A stretch of 64,000 nt of DNA from an uncultured Chloroflexia bacterium. GTDB taxonomy: Bacteria; Chloroflexota; Limnocylindria; Limnocylindrales; CSP1-4. Both the position numbers and the translations under genes were made by a program. The stretch covers positions 131,923 through 195,922 of the forward strand of contig CAVVNZ010000009.1 in NCBI GenBank assembly GCA_963749735.1, in the 5' to 3' direction. Positions 54,559 to 63,794 of the stretch are shown here, in pieces (the first letter of the stretch is position 1; every line of letters begins with the position of its first letter). The notes beneath the pieces are model-generated. The model was not told the origin of the DNA and searched no databases. It was given only the letters and a program-made list of their open reading frames with translations.

Positions 54559-57004
54559 CGGTCCGGCGCTCGCGCTCGTCGTTCGCGACGGGCCTCCGGG
54601 CGGCCAAGATCCGCTGGAGGGCACGGTCACCATCGTCCTCGACCCGGCGTGGACGCCGATGCCGCACGAGCGACCGGATGTGGTCCCCGCGCGGAGGGTC
54701 ATCGGGTCCGTCGTCGAGCGGGTGGATCTGTTCGATGTCGCTCTTGAGCGGCTCGACGATTGGGCCGAGCGCGCGTCGCTGGTGGAGCGGCTCGCCGTGG
54801 GTGGTGTGACCTACTGGTTCCAGGCGCGGGAGCCACTCTGGCGCTGGCTCCACGAGCGACTCCTGTGGTCGTCGGTGATCGGCGAGCTGTCAGCGGGCAG
54901 GACGCTGACGCGGCTGGAGGTGCCCGACGATCACCAGGCCCTCATCGACGTCGGGCGCCGTACCGCGCTGACGGGTGCGACCACACTCGTCCTCCGACCA
55001 GGGTCCGGTGGGCGCGCGGCGACCCAGACGGACGCGGTCCGGCGCGATCCGCTTGGCAGGTTGAGCCGCCTGGCGAGCGTCCCGGCCCGTCGACGCCGCC
55101 GCGCCGAGCTCGATCGGCGCGTCGACCTCCTCGATCGACGGATCGCTGGGATGGCGGGTCGTGGGACCCCGCGGGTCGTGGTCCCGAGCCATCTCGGGAT
55201 CCGCCAGGTCGTCGACTCGGGATCGGGCTCCATGCTCGTCGACCCGAATCTCGGCTCCATCATCGACCGGCTCCCGGAGCGCGATCTCGAGCCGATCATC
55301 GTCGGTCTCGGCCTCGATCATCGGGTCGACGAAGACTGGTCGGTGATCGGATCGGACCCGCGTCTGCTGCCGTACTCGCTGCTCCAGACCCGCTGGAGAG
55401 GGGACGAGGATCCGGCGGCGGACGTCGCGGCGGTGATCGACCGACTGGAAGTCGCGAAGGCCATCCCGCTCGACGGTTTCGGGGTCGACCTCGCCCCGCT
55501 CATGGTCGACGAGCTGCAGGCGTTCGCTTCGAAGGGCCTCGACGCCACCATCCGCCAAGTCGACCGGATCGGCCGCCTCATCTCGGAGCTCCGTCCCCGG
55601 GCGATCCTGCTGAGTCACGAGGGCATCCGGGTGTCGTGGCTGGTGGCCGCGGAGCGACGGGAGGTTCCCACGTTCGCGGTCCAGCACGGGGTCATCTACC
55701 CGACCCACCCAGGCTATCGACATGGGCGCCCGGCGACCCTCGTCGTCCCGACGCGCACCTTCGTCTACGGCGACTTCGAGCGACGCGTCCTGCGCACCTT
55801 CGGGAGCTACGGCTCGGACGAGGTGGTCGTGGGCGGCTCACCGCGACTCGACCTCGACGCCGGATCCAGGCAGGACGTCGATCAGGCGGCGTCCGCAGCC
55901 TCGCGCAGCGAGATCCGCCGGTCGCTGGGCGTGCGCGACGGCGACCAGATGCTCGTCGTGTCGACGACGTTCGATCGATTCATCCGGGACAGTCACTTCG
56001 CCCACATGCTCGAACGGACCCTGGGCGGACCCCTGCCGCAGATCCACGTGATCTTCAAGCAGCATCCGGGCGAGCGCGATCAGGGACCGTACGTCGATCT
56101 GCTCCGCTCGATGGCTCGGGCTGGTGGCTATCCCGAGCCGCGGACGACCGTCGTCCGTGACGTCGACCTGATCCGCCTGTTGCGCGCCGCCGACGCCCAT
56201 CTCGGCTTCCTCTCGACGGTGCTGACCGACACGGTCGTCGCCGGGACGCCGAACCTCATCGCCATGGTCGAGGCCCATGGCGATCTCCTCGGGTACATCG
56301 GGGCACGTGTCGCGACGCCGGTCGCGGACGTGGCTGCCGTCGTCGCGTCGCTCGACCGAGCGGTCCGTCCCGATCCCGAGGCGCGTCGAGCCTTCCTGGC
56401 CGATCACTTCGCACCAGGGACCGCGAGCTCGAGGATCATCTCGGAGATCGCACGCTGCCTCGAAGCGGAGCGGCCGCCGATCGTCCGACACGGCGATGTG
56501 GGATTGCGCCCGGCGACCGCCGACGATGCGGCCCTGCTGCTCGACTGGGCGAATGATCCGATGACTCGCTGGGCATCGTCCGACCGTCCGCCCATCGAGC
56601 CCGCCGAGCACGCGGCGTGGCTGGGACGCGCCCTGGCCCAGACTGACACGACCCGGATCTGGATCGGCGAGCAGTCGAAGCGGCCGGTCGGCGTCATCCG
56701 GTTCGAACGCCGCAGCACAGGCGACACGGAGGTCAGCATCACCGTCGCCCCCGAGCAGCGCGGCAGAGGCTTGGGGACGGCGCTGCTCACCTCCGGGCTC
56801 GTTGCCTTCCGTGAGGTGTCGGGACCGACGCGCCTGACAGCCAGGATCCGTTCGGATCATGAGGCTTCATTGGCCCTGTTCGCCGCTGCGGGCTTTCGAC
56901 CCACCGGCGGCGATGCCACGACCGAGCGGACCGGCAGCCCTGTCATCCTGGAGCTCGCCCTGAGCGATCCGATCGACGTCCCGTCAGGAGGGGATGGATG
57001 CTGA
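54551..57004 (+). CDS. fusion of a ~620-aa TagF/KpsS-like polysaccharide biosynthesis domain with a C-terminal PseH-like GNAT N-acetyltransferase
   Basis: QHGVIYPTHPGY..VFKQHPGE..FLSTVLTDTVVAGTPNL. C-terminal part LRPATADDAALLLDWANDPMTRW..HAAWL..VGVIRFERR..EQRGRGLGTALL. The GTG 54551 start is tentative. Confidence 0.7.
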   Translation: MADGPALALVVRDGPPGGQDPLEGTVTIVLDPAWTPMPHERPDVVPARRVIGSVVERVDLFDVALERLDDWAERASLVERLAVGGVTYWFQAREPLWRWLHERLLWSSVIGELSAGRTLTRLEVPDDHQALIDVGRRTALTGATTLVLRPGSGGRAATQTDAVRRDPLGRLSRLASVPARRRRRAELDRRVDLLDRRIAGMAGRGTPRVVVPSHLGIRQVVDSGSGSMLVDPNLGSIIDRLPERDLEPIIVGLGLDHRVDEDWSVIGSDPRLLPYSLLQTRWRGDEDPAADVAAVIDRLEVAKAIPLDGFGVDLAPLMVDELQAFASKGLDATIRQVDRIGRLISELRPRAILLSHEGIRVSWLVAAERREVPTFAVQHGVIYPTHPGYRHGRPATLVVPTRTFVYGDFERRVLRTFGSYGSDEVVVGGSPRLDLDAGSRQDVDQAASAASRSEIRRSLGVRDGDQMLVVSTTFDRFIRDSHFAHMLERTLGGPLPQIHVIFKQHPGERDQGPYVDLLRSMARAGGYPEPRTTVVRDVDLIRLLRAADAHLGFLSTVLTDTVVAGTPNLIAMVEAHGDLLGYIGARVATPVADVAAVVASLDRAVRPDPEARRAFLADHFAPGTASSRIISEIARCLEAERPPIVRHGDVGLRPATADDAALLLDWANDPMTRWASSDRPPIEPAEHAAWLGRALAQTDTTRIWIGEQSKRPVGVIRFERRSTGDTEVSITVAPEQRGRGLGTALLTSGLVAFREVSGPTRLTARIRSDHEASLALFAAAGFRPTGGDATTERTGSPVILELALSDPIDVPSGGDGC

Positions 57005-58089
57005 AGCGAACCGCCAGGAAGGTGATCCGGCTCGGGTTGCGCTCGGACCGCCTGAGCCGGGTCGTCCGGGCAGAGCTACCGCCGGCACGGTCGTCGACCC
57101 CGACGCCAAGGGACCGCGGCGACCGAGCGGCGTTGACCGGGCGCGTCTTCGTGGACCGACACGGGACGGGCCATCGACTGGACGGAGCCCTGCGCGACGA
57201 GCTCAAGCCCGGCTGGCGTGCGATGCTCGACCCCGCGGCCGCATCCGCCGCGCCGACCGACGAGGCCCTGGCCCAACGGTCGGCCAAGGCTGCCACGTCC
57301 GTCGCGGAGTATGACGCGCTGGTCGCCGCTGCCCTGGGGCCGACGTCAGCCCGACGCGTGCTCGAGATCGGCTGCTACGACGGAGCGGTCGCGTTCCAGC
57401 TGGCTCGACGATCCGACCTCGAGGTCGTGGCATCGGATCTGGCGCGCTACTACGTCGTCCAGCGACCCGGGCGGATGGTCGAGTCGGACGTCGAGGCCCA
57501 GCAGCGGCGCCTCGACGACCTCCGCGAACGAGCCCGGGCTCTCGTGGGCATCGCCCCGGGGAGGGTCAGGTTCGTCGAGGACGACGTGACCGACACACGC
57601 ATCGAGCCCGAGGCGTTCGACGCCATCGTGTCGTTCGAGGTCCTGGAGCACCTGAGCGATCCCGCCGCCAGCTTCGCGGCGATGGCCCGCTTGCTCAAGC
57701 CCGGCGGCACCATGTACCACGATTACAACCCGTTCTTCAGCGTCAAGGGAGGACACTCCCTGTGCACGCTGGACTTCCCGTGGGGTCACGCCCGGCTGGA
57801 CCCTGCCGACTTCGAGCGCTACCTGGCAGAGGTCCGTCCGTCCGAGCTGGAGCAGGCTCTCCGGTTCTACCGGGAGAGCCTCAACCGGATGACGCTCGCG
57901 GACCTGCGGGCAGCCATCCTGGCCGCGGGACTCGAGGTCGCCGCCTTCATCCCGTGGACGGAGCGCCGTCTCGTGGAGCGGCTGACCCCGACGACGGTCG
58001 AGGAGGTTCAGCGGATCTACCCGACGGCTGGCGTCGAGGACCTGCTGGCCACCTTCGTGTCGGTCGTGGTACGTCGACCATCGGTCTGA
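56998..58089 (+). CDS. class I SAM-dependent methyltransferase
   Basis: VLEIGCYDGAVAFQLA (motif I), FDAIVSFEVLEHL, LLKPGGTMY. AGGAGG SD before the ATG. Confidence 0.75.
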   Translation: MLKRTARKVIRLGLRSDRLSRVVRAELPPARSSTPTPRDRGDRAALTGRVFVDRHGTGHRLDGALRDELKPGWRAMLDPAAASAAPTDEALAQRSAKAATSVAEYDALVAAALGPTSARRVLEIGCYDGAVAFQLARRSDLEVVASDLARYYVVQRPGRMVESDVEAQQRRLDDLRERARALVGIAPGRVRFVEDDVTDTRIEPEAFDAIVSFEVLEHLSDPAASFAAMARLLKPGGTMYHDYNPFFSVKGGHSLCTLDFPWGHARLDPADFERYLAEVRPSELEQALRFYRESLNRMTLADLRAAILAAGLEVAAFIPWTERRLVERLTPTTVEEVQRIYPTAGVEDLLATFVSVVVRRPSV

Positions 58090-58159
58090 CGGCGTTCCCG
58101 CGACGGTCGGCCGGACCGGCCTGAGGGGCCGCGCGTCGACCGGGCCCCGGACGGTCCGC

Positions 58160-58780
58160 TCAGGGACGCTCGAGGAGCTGCCAGGTCACTCGATCGAACC
58201 CATCCTCGGGCCCCAGGAATCCCTCATCCCGCAGAACGAGATCGGGGAACTGCCGACGGTAGATCTCCCGATAGTCCCGTCGGAACAGGGCGCCCTCGAC
58301 GCCGCGGTATGGGATGGACTCGGTCTGTGTCGCGTGGTACTCGCCCCACAGGACGAATCGCCCCGAGCAACGGACGATCTCCGCCAGGACGATCGGTAAC
58401 GCCTCGTCGGGCTGGTGGATCAGCACCCCCATGGTGAACGCGAGGTCGACGAATCGATCGCGAAAGGGAAGCTCGCGAGCCCGGCCGGTCACGACGTTGA
58501 TACCCGGGCCGTTGAGGCGGGCCCGTTCGAGGGCCGCCGCATTGAGATCGATCCCCCAGACGTCGCCCGGCGGCAGGATCCGCGAGATGGGTCCGAGGTT
58601 GCCGCCCTGACCGCAACCGACCTCCAGGACGGATCGGATCGGATGACGAGCGAGGAGCCCGCTCCAGAAGCCGGTCCGCCGATCGTCGACGACCTTGTTC
58701 CGCTCGACGTAGGCGTCTCCGAAGTCGCCCTGCCAGAGACCCTCCAGGCGGGTCGTCTCGCTGGGATCGGAACGGGTCAT
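58160..58780 (-). CDS. pseudaminic-acid-biosynthesis-associated methylase-like SAM methyltransferase
   Basis: LWQGDFGDAYVERN..VLEVGCGQGGNL..VDLAFTMGVLIHQ. Last gene of the pse-like operon. Confidence 0.7.
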   Translation of the reverse strand: MTRSDPSETTRLEGLWQGDFGDAYVERNKVVDDRRTGFWSGLLARHPIRSVLEVGCGQGGNLGPISRILPPGDVWGIDLNAAALERARLNGPGINVVTGRARELPFRDRFVDLAFTMGVLIHQPDEALPIVLAEIVRCSGRFVLWGEYHATQTESIPYRGVEGALFRRDYREIYRRQFPDLVLRDEGFLGPEDGFDRVTWQLLERP

Positions 58781-58855
58781 CGCTCACCTCATCTCGCCGA
58801 CGCCCGGCGGCTGCTTCCGTCGCCCGAGCGTGACCGTCGCCGGCCCGCTGCCATC

Positions 58856-59881
58856 TTAGGGTCGCTGCGGGGCCGGCACCTCGACCGGGGATCCGTCGCT
58901 GCCGAGACCGGCGATGGCGTCGACGATCCGATCGGCCCCGCGTCCATCGACCACCGCCAGGGCCGCCGCCGACATCGCCGCGGCCGCCGCCGCATCGTCA
59001 AGGAGCTCGGCGATCGCACGCCGCACCGAGTCGGGGTCGATGCTCCGCCCGTCTCCGAGCCAGCGCGCTGCCCCGGTGGCGCCGAACGGCGGACCGACGG
59101 CGAGCTGATCGTCGGCGACGGCCAGCAGGAGCGCCGGACGGCCGAGGCAGGCGACCTCGAACTTCATCGTGCCCGCGCCGATCAGCGCGAGGTCGCATCG
59201 GGCGAGGAGATGTGGAAGGTCGGCCGGGTCCGTCACGACCGGAACGGGCAGGTCGTCGATTCGACCCGCATAGTCCGCCCCGACGACGAGGATCGGGTCC
59301 CAGCGATCCTGGCCGGCCAATGCCGGTCCGAGGCGATGAGCGACCTGGTCCGGGTCGCTGCCGCCGAAGCAGATCACGACCCGCGGCCGGCCCGACCTGG
59401 TCCTGTCCGGCGCGCTACCGGTCAACGACCGCAGCGCTCGAAAGCGGCGTCCGACGGGTGCGTAGTCGAACCCGGCGAGGACCCGGTCGGCCTGGCCGTG
59501 ACCCGACCAGGCCGGCAGCGACGGCTGGACGACGATCGCCGCTCGACCGCTGAAGGCATCCCGGTCGTCGAATGCGACGAGCGATCCGGGCGGAGCTCGA
59601 TCGACCGCGACTCCGACATCCGGCAGATCGACGACGACGACAGCATCATCTGGACGAGTGGTGCGTTCCTCGACTCCGAGCCGTCTGACCCGTTCGCCGA
59701 TGACCCCGTCGAGGGTGCCGGCGACGAGCTCGATCGAGACTGAGAACCCCCGGCCGAGGGCGACCTCGGCGAGCGTCAGCGCTCGGGCGAGATGGCCCCG
59801 GCCCTGCCCGGCGCCGGCGGAGGCGACCAGGTGGAGCGGCCGCCGTGCCCCTCCGGGGCCGAGGCTCAGAACATCTCCCAC
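58856..59881 (-). CDS. pseG: PseG-like UDP-sugar hydrolase (GT28-like fold)
   Basis: AGAGQGRGHLARALTLAEVAL, ICFGGSDP, LIGAGTMKFEVACLGRPALLL. The start is either GTG 59881 or CTG 59869 (CTGA overlap with the pseI stop). Confidence 0.7.
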   Translation of the reverse strand: MGDVLSLGPGGARRPLHLVASAGAGQGRGHLARALTLAEVALGRGFSVSIELVAGTLDGVIGERVRRLGVEERTTRPDDAVVVVDLPDVGVAVDRAPPGSLVAFDDRDAFSGRAAIVVQPSLPAWSGHGQADRVLAGFDYAPVGRRFRALRSLTGSAPDRTRSGRPRVVICFGGSDPDQVAHRLGPALAGQDRWDPILVVGADYAGRIDDLPVPVVTDPADLPHLLARCDLALIGAGTMKFEVACLGRPALLLAVADDQLAVGPPFGATGAARWLGDGRSIDPDSVRRAIAELLDDAAAAAAMSAAALAVVDGRGADRIVDAIAGLGSDGSPVEVPAPQRP

Positions 59882-60912
59882 GCGAGCGGCTCGTGTCGCT
59901 CGATCCGGCGGCGAGCGGTCCGCCCCAGCAGATGGGGAAGGTCCCTGACCTCGATGCCCGTGCCTGGGCGCAGGATGGCGATATCGTCCTCGATCAGGAC
60001 CGTCTCCGCCTCGATCACTCGGGCCGCGAACAGCGAGCGGCGGGCGGTGACGTACAGGTCCGCCTCGGCCGGTGCCATCCGCTTCACGCCGTCGCCGAGC
60101 GCAGCCTCCGTGTCACGGATCGCCCGGACCATGTCCGTCAGCTCGTTCGGTTCGAGGGCGAAGCGGTGATCGGGCCCGGGACGCGTCCGGTCGGTCGTGA
60201 AATGCTTCTCGATGACGGCCGCACCGATCGCGGTGGCGATGACCGGCGCGAGCCACCCCGGCGTGTGGTCGCTCCAGCCGACCGGTACGCCGAAGGCGCG
60301 GCGCATCGTCTCGATCGCCCGCAGGTTGAGATCGGCGAACGGCGGGGGGTAGTTCACGACGCAGTGGAGCAGGATGAGTTGCTCGTTGCCCGTCGACCTC
60401 ACGGCATCGACGGCCGCCTGGACCTCCCCGATGTGAGCCATCCCGGTCGAGCAGATGATCGGCTTGCCGCGAGAGGCGATGTCCCGGATCAAGGGCAGGT
60501 GCCAAAGCTCGTAGGTCGCGACCTTGAACGCCTTGACGCCAAGCCCGTCGAGCAGATCCACTGCCTCGTGATCGAACGGAGTGGACAGGAAGTCGAGACC
60601 GCACGACTCGGCGTATCCCTTGAGCTCGGCGTGCCACTCACGAGGCAGCTCGAGCTCGCGGAACAGCTCGGTCATGGTCTTGTCGGGGGGCAGGATCGCA
60701 TCGAGGTAGCGAGCCCTGACCGGCGTGTCCGCGACGATCTGGTCGGCCAGGAACGTCTGGAACTTCACCGCGTCCGCGCCGGCCGCGGCTGCGACCTCGA
60801 TCAACCGCTTGGCCTGGGCGAGGTCGCGGTCGTGGTTCGATCCGGCTTCCGCGATGATGTAGACAGGGGCATCGCCACCGACCTCGCGATCGCCGATCCT
60901 GACGGACTTCAT
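59866..60912 (-). CDS. pseI: pseudaminic/N-acetylneuraminic acid synthase family (NeuB/PseI) with SAF domain
   Basis: VYIIAEAGSNHDRDLAQAKRLIEVAAAAGADAVKFQTF..GWSDHT..C-terminal SAF. ATG 60912 (ATGA overlap) is preferred over the track start at 60930. Confidence 0.9.
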   Translation of the reverse strand: MKSVRIGDREVGGDAPVYIIAEAGSNHDRDLAQAKRLIEVAAAAGADAVKFQTFLADQIVADTPVRARYLDAILPPDKTMTELFRELELPREWHAELKGYAESCGLDFLSTPFDHEAVDLLDGLGVKAFKVATYELWHLPLIRDIASRGKPIICSTGMAHIGEVQAAVDAVRSTGNEQLILLHCVVNYPPPFADLNLRAIETMRRAFGVPVGWSDHTPGWLAPVIATAIGAAVIEKHFTTDRTRPGPDHRFALEPNELTDMVRAIRDTEAALGDGVKRMAPAEADLYVTARRSLFAARVIEAETVLIEDDIAILRPGTGIEVRDLPHLLGRTARRRIERHEPLAWEMF

Positions 60913-61644
60913 CGCTCGGTCTCCTGCCATGTCTTCTGCCGGACGTCGCGGTTCAAGTCGAGGAGTCCCGGTTCGGCCCCGACGATCCTGGCAAGGGTCG
61001 TCGCCGTCGGTGGGTCGTTCGTCTGGCCGAGACGCTCGGCGATGGCCCGGGCGAACGCCAGATCCTCGACGGTATCAACGGTAAACCTTCCCGGGATCGG
61101 CGGGTCGGGGGGCGCGACCGAGCCGATCCGGAAGCGCTCCGGGCGGTTGTAGATGAACGGCATCACATGCTCTCGCTCGGCGGGATCAGTCGCCTCGCGG
61201 ACGGCGGTTTCCAGCGCCATCCCGCTGGCCACCTCCGCGCCCGTCCCAAGTGGCCACCCGGCGGCGCCGACGTAGTCGAATTCGATCGCTGGTCGCCAGG
61301 TCGATCTGGGCCGCGACCAGGTCCGGGTCGATGAACGGATTGTCAGCCGTCACCCGCACCACGAACCCCGGGTTCGGCGGTGCGACAGCCTCCCAGCATC
61401 GGGTGAGAACGTCTCGGCTCGGTCCACGATGGACCCGCCACGAGCGATCCCGGAGCAGCCTGACGAGCGGTTCGTCGTCCGGCCGCGTGGTCGTGGCCAC
61501 GACGATCCCGTCGAGCGCGGCGACCGCGGACAGGGCGGCGAGCGTCCACAGGATCAGCGGCCGATCGCCGATCCGGGCGAGGACCTTGCCCGGCAATCGC
61601 TGTGAGCCCATCCGTGCCTGAACGACCGCGATCGTCCTCGTCAC
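60909..61644 (-). pseudogene. pseF: PseF/SpsF-like CMP-sugar cytidylyltransferase interrupted by a +1 frameshift near 61284-61293
   Basis: The N-terminal part VTRTIAVVQARMGSQRLPGKV..VTADNPFIDPDLV is in one frame. The C-terminal part IEFDYVGAAGWPLGTGAEVASGMALETAV..EREHVMPFIY..FTVDTVEDL is in the next. The span is 736 nt, which is 3n+1. Confidence 0.7.
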
Positions 61645-62841
61645 CGCGATCGGTATGCCTCGGTGACCTTGTCGACCGCGAGGACGACGTCGTCGACATC
61701 GGAGGTGGTCATCCCGGCGTGGAGGGGCAGGGTGAGAAGACGCTCGTAGGCGGCCTCGGCCACCGGGAACGAGAGTCCTGGAAAGCGTTCCCGGTAGTAG
61801 GGGTGGGTATGGACCGGGATGTAGTGGACGTTGACCCCGATCCCCTCGGCGCGCAAAGCCCGGTAGACCTCCCCGCGATCGACACTGAGCCGATCGAGCC
61901 GGAGTCGGACGAACATGAAGTGCCACGCCGGATCGACGTCGGACGCGACCGCGGGCACGTCGACCAGCGGATGCTCGCCGAGCCGCTCGAAGTAACGCGT
62001 GGCCAGGGCACGGCGCCGCTCCAGGAACACGGCGAGTCGGTCGAGCTGCGACAGGCCGAGCGCCGCCCCGATGTCCGTCAGCCGGTAGTTGTAGCCGAGC
62101 TCGACCATCGAGTACGTCCAGTCGGTCCGCGCTCGGAGCTCCGTCCCGATCCCGTGGTTGCGGAAGCGACGGAGCTCCTCGGCGAGGTCGTCGCGGTCGG
62201 TCAGGGCGGCGCCACCCTCCCCGGTCGTCAGGATCTTGGCCGGGTGGAGGCTGAGCACGGTCACGTCGGCAAGCGTGCCGACCGGATCGACCGCGATACG
62301 TCGCCCCCAGCGAGTGCGACGCGTCGGCGACGATGGCGAGCGGACCACCCGGCGCGGCGTCGGCCAGCCTTCGCAGCGCGTCGTAGTCGGCCGGCTGCCC
62401 GCTGTAGTCGACCGGGGCGAGGGCCCTCGTCCGGCTCCCGATCGCCGCTGCGACGCGGGCCGGATCGATCAGCAACGACTCCGGATCGACGTCGGCGAAC
62501 CGCGGCTCGGCGCCGACGTAGAGCGCCGCGTTGGCGGTCGCCACGAAGGTCATCGGGGACGTGATGACCTCGTCCCCGGGTCCCAGCCCGACCGCGGCCA
62601 TCGCGCCGTGGAGGGCGGCGGTGCCGGACGAGAACGCGACCGCGTGTCTGGCGCCGGTGGCGGCCTCGAGACCCGCCTCGAACTCGCGGATCCTCGGTCC
62701 CGTGGTCAGCCAGTCGGAGCGGAGGGCGGCCGCGACCGCGGCGACATCGGCGTCGTCGATCTGCTGGTGGGCATACGGCAGGAATGTCGTCCGGACCGGG
62801 CGGCCTCCGTCGATCGCCAGCACGGCGCGGGTCCCGGTCAC
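61641..62841 (-). pseudogene. pseC: PseC-like DegT aminotransferase interrupted by a +1 frameshift near 62283-62292
   Basis: The N-terminal half FLPYAHQQIDDADV..SSGTAALHGAM..ADASHSLGATYRGR is in one frame. The C-terminal half VGTLADVTVLSLHPAKILTTGEGG.. is in another (track ORF 61641..62348). The span is 1201 nt, which is 3n+1. Confidence 0.75.
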
Positions 62842-63794
62842 GCGACCGACGACCCCGCGGCGAGTCGCTCGGCCATCCACCTTCGAGTCCGGGCAAGGCC
62901 GTCCTCGAGCGGGACCTCGGCCCGCCAGCCGAGCAGGTCGGCGGCCCGGCGCGGATCGCATCGCAGGACCGCGATCTCGCTCTGGGGGTGGATGTGCTCG
63001 ACATGGACGATCCTGCTCGGGTCGGGCTCGATGGCCGCCGCCAGGGCGTTGACCGAGACGTCGCTCCCGGTCCCGGCGTTGAGCAGCCGGCCCATCGCGG
63101 CCTCGGCCGTGAGCGCGTCGCACACGAACCTGGCGCAGTCGCCGACGAACAACAGGTCCCGGGTCTGCGTCCCGTCCCCGTAGATCCGGAGATCCTCGCC
63201 GAGCAACGAGCGCCGGGTGAAGATGGCCACGACGCCGCCTTCGCCCACCGACCGCTGGAAGGGTCCGTAGGTGTTGAACGGCCGGACGACGGTCACCGGC
63301 AGGCCGTACGCGCGCCCGTAGGCGAGGGTCATCGCCTCGCCGGACAGCTTGGCGGCTGCGTACGGGGACGCCGGCTTCGTGGCATGGTCCTCGTCGATCC
63401 CGGTCGGCGAGCCGGCCCGGTCGTAGACCATGCAGGTGCTCATGAACAGGAATCGCGTCCCCTCGGTGCGTGCCGCCTCGAGAAGGTTGAACGTGCCGAC
63501 GACATCGTTCTCGAACGTCGAGGCGGGGTCGTCGATCGAGTCCTGGACCGAGATCGACGCGGCGAGGTGGGCGACCGCATCGATCCCGGCCATCCACCGA
63601 CGACAGGCGGTCGCGTCGCGGACGTCCCCACGCTCGAACTCGATCAGGTTCGGGTGCCCAGAGAACTCGACGAGGTTGGCGACGTCGCCGGTCGCGAGGT
63701 TGTCGACCGGGAGAACGGTATGGCCGCGCGCCAGGAGCTCACCGACCACCCACCGCCCGATGAACCCGGCAGCCCCCGTCACGAGCACGTTCAT
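62838..63794 (-). CDS. NAD-dependent sugar epimerase/dehydratase (extended SDR)
   Basis: VLVTGAAGFIGRWVV, MSTCMVYD, and the YAAAKLSGE YxxxK motif. Confidence 0.85.
   Translation of the reverse strand: MNVLVTGAAGFIGRWVVGELLARGHTVLPVDNLATGDVANLVEFSGHPNLIEFERGDVRDATACRRWMAGIDAVAHLAASISVQDSIDDPASTFENDVVGTFNLLEAARTEGTRFLFMSTCMVYDRAGSPTGIDEDHATKPASPYAAAKLSGEAMTLAYGRAYGLPVTVVRPFNTYGPFQRSVGEGGVVAIFTRRSLLGEDLRIYGDGTQTRDLLFVGDCARFVCDALTAEAAMGRLLNAGTGSDVSVNALAAAIEPDPSRIVHVEHIHPQSEIAVLRCDPRRAADLLGWRAEVPLEDGLARTRRWMAERLAAGSSVA

Noticed and set aside
61186-63597. 803-aa reverse-strand ORF that looks like a single large gene
   Set aside because: It is a chimera of frames. Only its pseC-like N-terminal half and its pseF-like N-terminal part look real. 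The part upstream of 62841 is out of frame with the SDR gene. The stretch between the two real parts (PPGQDPDDRGGWRRPDRPRRPRR...) is out-of-frame read-through of the pseC C-terminal half.
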